This document shows positions 63,355 to 64,000 of a stretch of DNA of 64,000 nucleotides, one piece after another. Each line of letters starts with the position of its first letter. Within the stretch, counting starts at the first letter, position 1. The position numbers and the translations under genes were made by a program. This DNA comes from an uncultured Gemmatimonadota bacterium (GTDB lineage: Bacteria; GCA-2686955): positions 62,001 to 126,000 of the forward strand of contig CAZBBK010000001.1 in NCBI GenBank assembly GCA_964490075.1, given 5' to 3'. The notes beneath the pieces are model-generated. The model did not search any database and had not been told where the DNA came from. It was given only the letters and a program-made list of their open reading frames with translations.

Positions 63355-64000
63355 TCACTGCATGATCTCCAACTCGAAATCGTGCTGATCATAGACCACG
63401 CCGCCGACCGAGATCGACACCTGCACGCCGTAGAAGCCCGCGGGTGCACGCGAGTGCACCGGTCCCTCCACTCGCGCCGCATCGAGTCCCTGCGCGTCGA
63501 TATAGAGAGTGTCGAGGTTGGCCACGAAGCTCGGCCCATCATCCGGCAGCGAGACCAAGGTCTCGCGCACGATCGGCCCCTGGATCTGCAGATCGGGGTT
63601 GAAGACGTCGACCTGCATGCCGAACACCTCGCCGGCCTGAATCCACGTCGAGTCGGGCACCACCGTCAGCTCGAGGGTGTGGGTGAAGGGCAAGGCACCC
63701 AGATCCGCCACGCTGCCGTCGGCGTCGAGGGCGGAGCCCGGGTAGCCAGCGTCGATCATCGGCGAATGCGGGCTCAGCGCGAAGCTGGTATCGGCAAACT
63801 CGGGGTTCAGCTCCAGGTTGGATGGATCGGGAATCATGCCCGCCACCGACTCCGCTTCGTTGTTCCAGAAGTTGTTGTAGATCAGCACCGGCAAGGCGCT
63901 CTTGACTTCGAAGGCCGCACCGCTGCGGCCCTGCACCAGGATGTTGTTGGCCACCACCGCCTCGGCGGACTGCACCATGATCCCGGAGCCCTCGGCGGCC
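63355..64000 (-). CDS. C-terminal part of a secreted beta-helix protein with terminal Ig-like domain; starts beyond the right edge
   Basis: ANNILV, YNNFWNN, NPEF...F.L...SP.IDAG.P...D.DGS.ADLGA, then a ~105-aa terminal domain. Confidence 0.8.
   Translation of the reverse strand, partial: AAEGSGIMVQSAEAVVANNILVQGRSGAAFEVKSALPVLIYNNFWNNEAESVAGMIPDPSNLELNPEFADTSFALSPHSPMIDAGYPGSALDADGSVADLGALPFTHTLELTVVPDSTWIQAGEVFGMQVDVFNPDLQIQGPIVRETLVSLPDDGPSFVANLDTLYIDAQGLDAARVEGPVHSRAPAGFYGVQVSISVGGVVYDQHDFELEIMQ

Overview
A very GC-rich bacterial window, probably from a diderm organism with many secreted proteins. No CRISPR array, rRNA or intact transposase or integrase is visible. Recognisable housekeeping and metabolic content: a six-gene reductive pyrimidine-degradation operon that lacks dihydropyrimidinase, a surface-glycan modification locus (GT4, methyltransferase, flippase, O-antigen-ligase-like polymerase, sulfatase-like and alkaline-phosphatase-superfamily enzymes), moaA-NUDIX, an RlmD-type methyltransferase, PduO, methylmalonyl-CoA epimerase, a TIGR03960/TIGR03936-type radical SAM fusion, and tRNA-Asp(GTC). 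The accessory content is rich in secreted proteins: S8, trypsin-like, M48 and C25 peptidases (plus an M61 peptidase without an obvious signal peptide), right-handed beta-helix proteins (two pseudogenised) and a collagen-like fibre protein missed by the ORF track. The most notable observations are: (1) a signal-peptide-bearing bacterial homologue of plant DA1 (tandem LIM-type Zn fingers plus HExxH peptidase); (2) a shared ~105-aa C-terminal domain on three unrelated secreted proteins, a candidate sorting or anchoring module; (3) two related ~160-180 bp palindromic MITE-like elements with different termini, both sitting at stop codons; (4) a PLP fold-II protein that has lost all cofactor-binding motifs; (5) sigma-54 promoters in front of two secreted proteases; (6) a candidate small RNA. 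All protein calls are from motif recognition by eye; no database searches were run.
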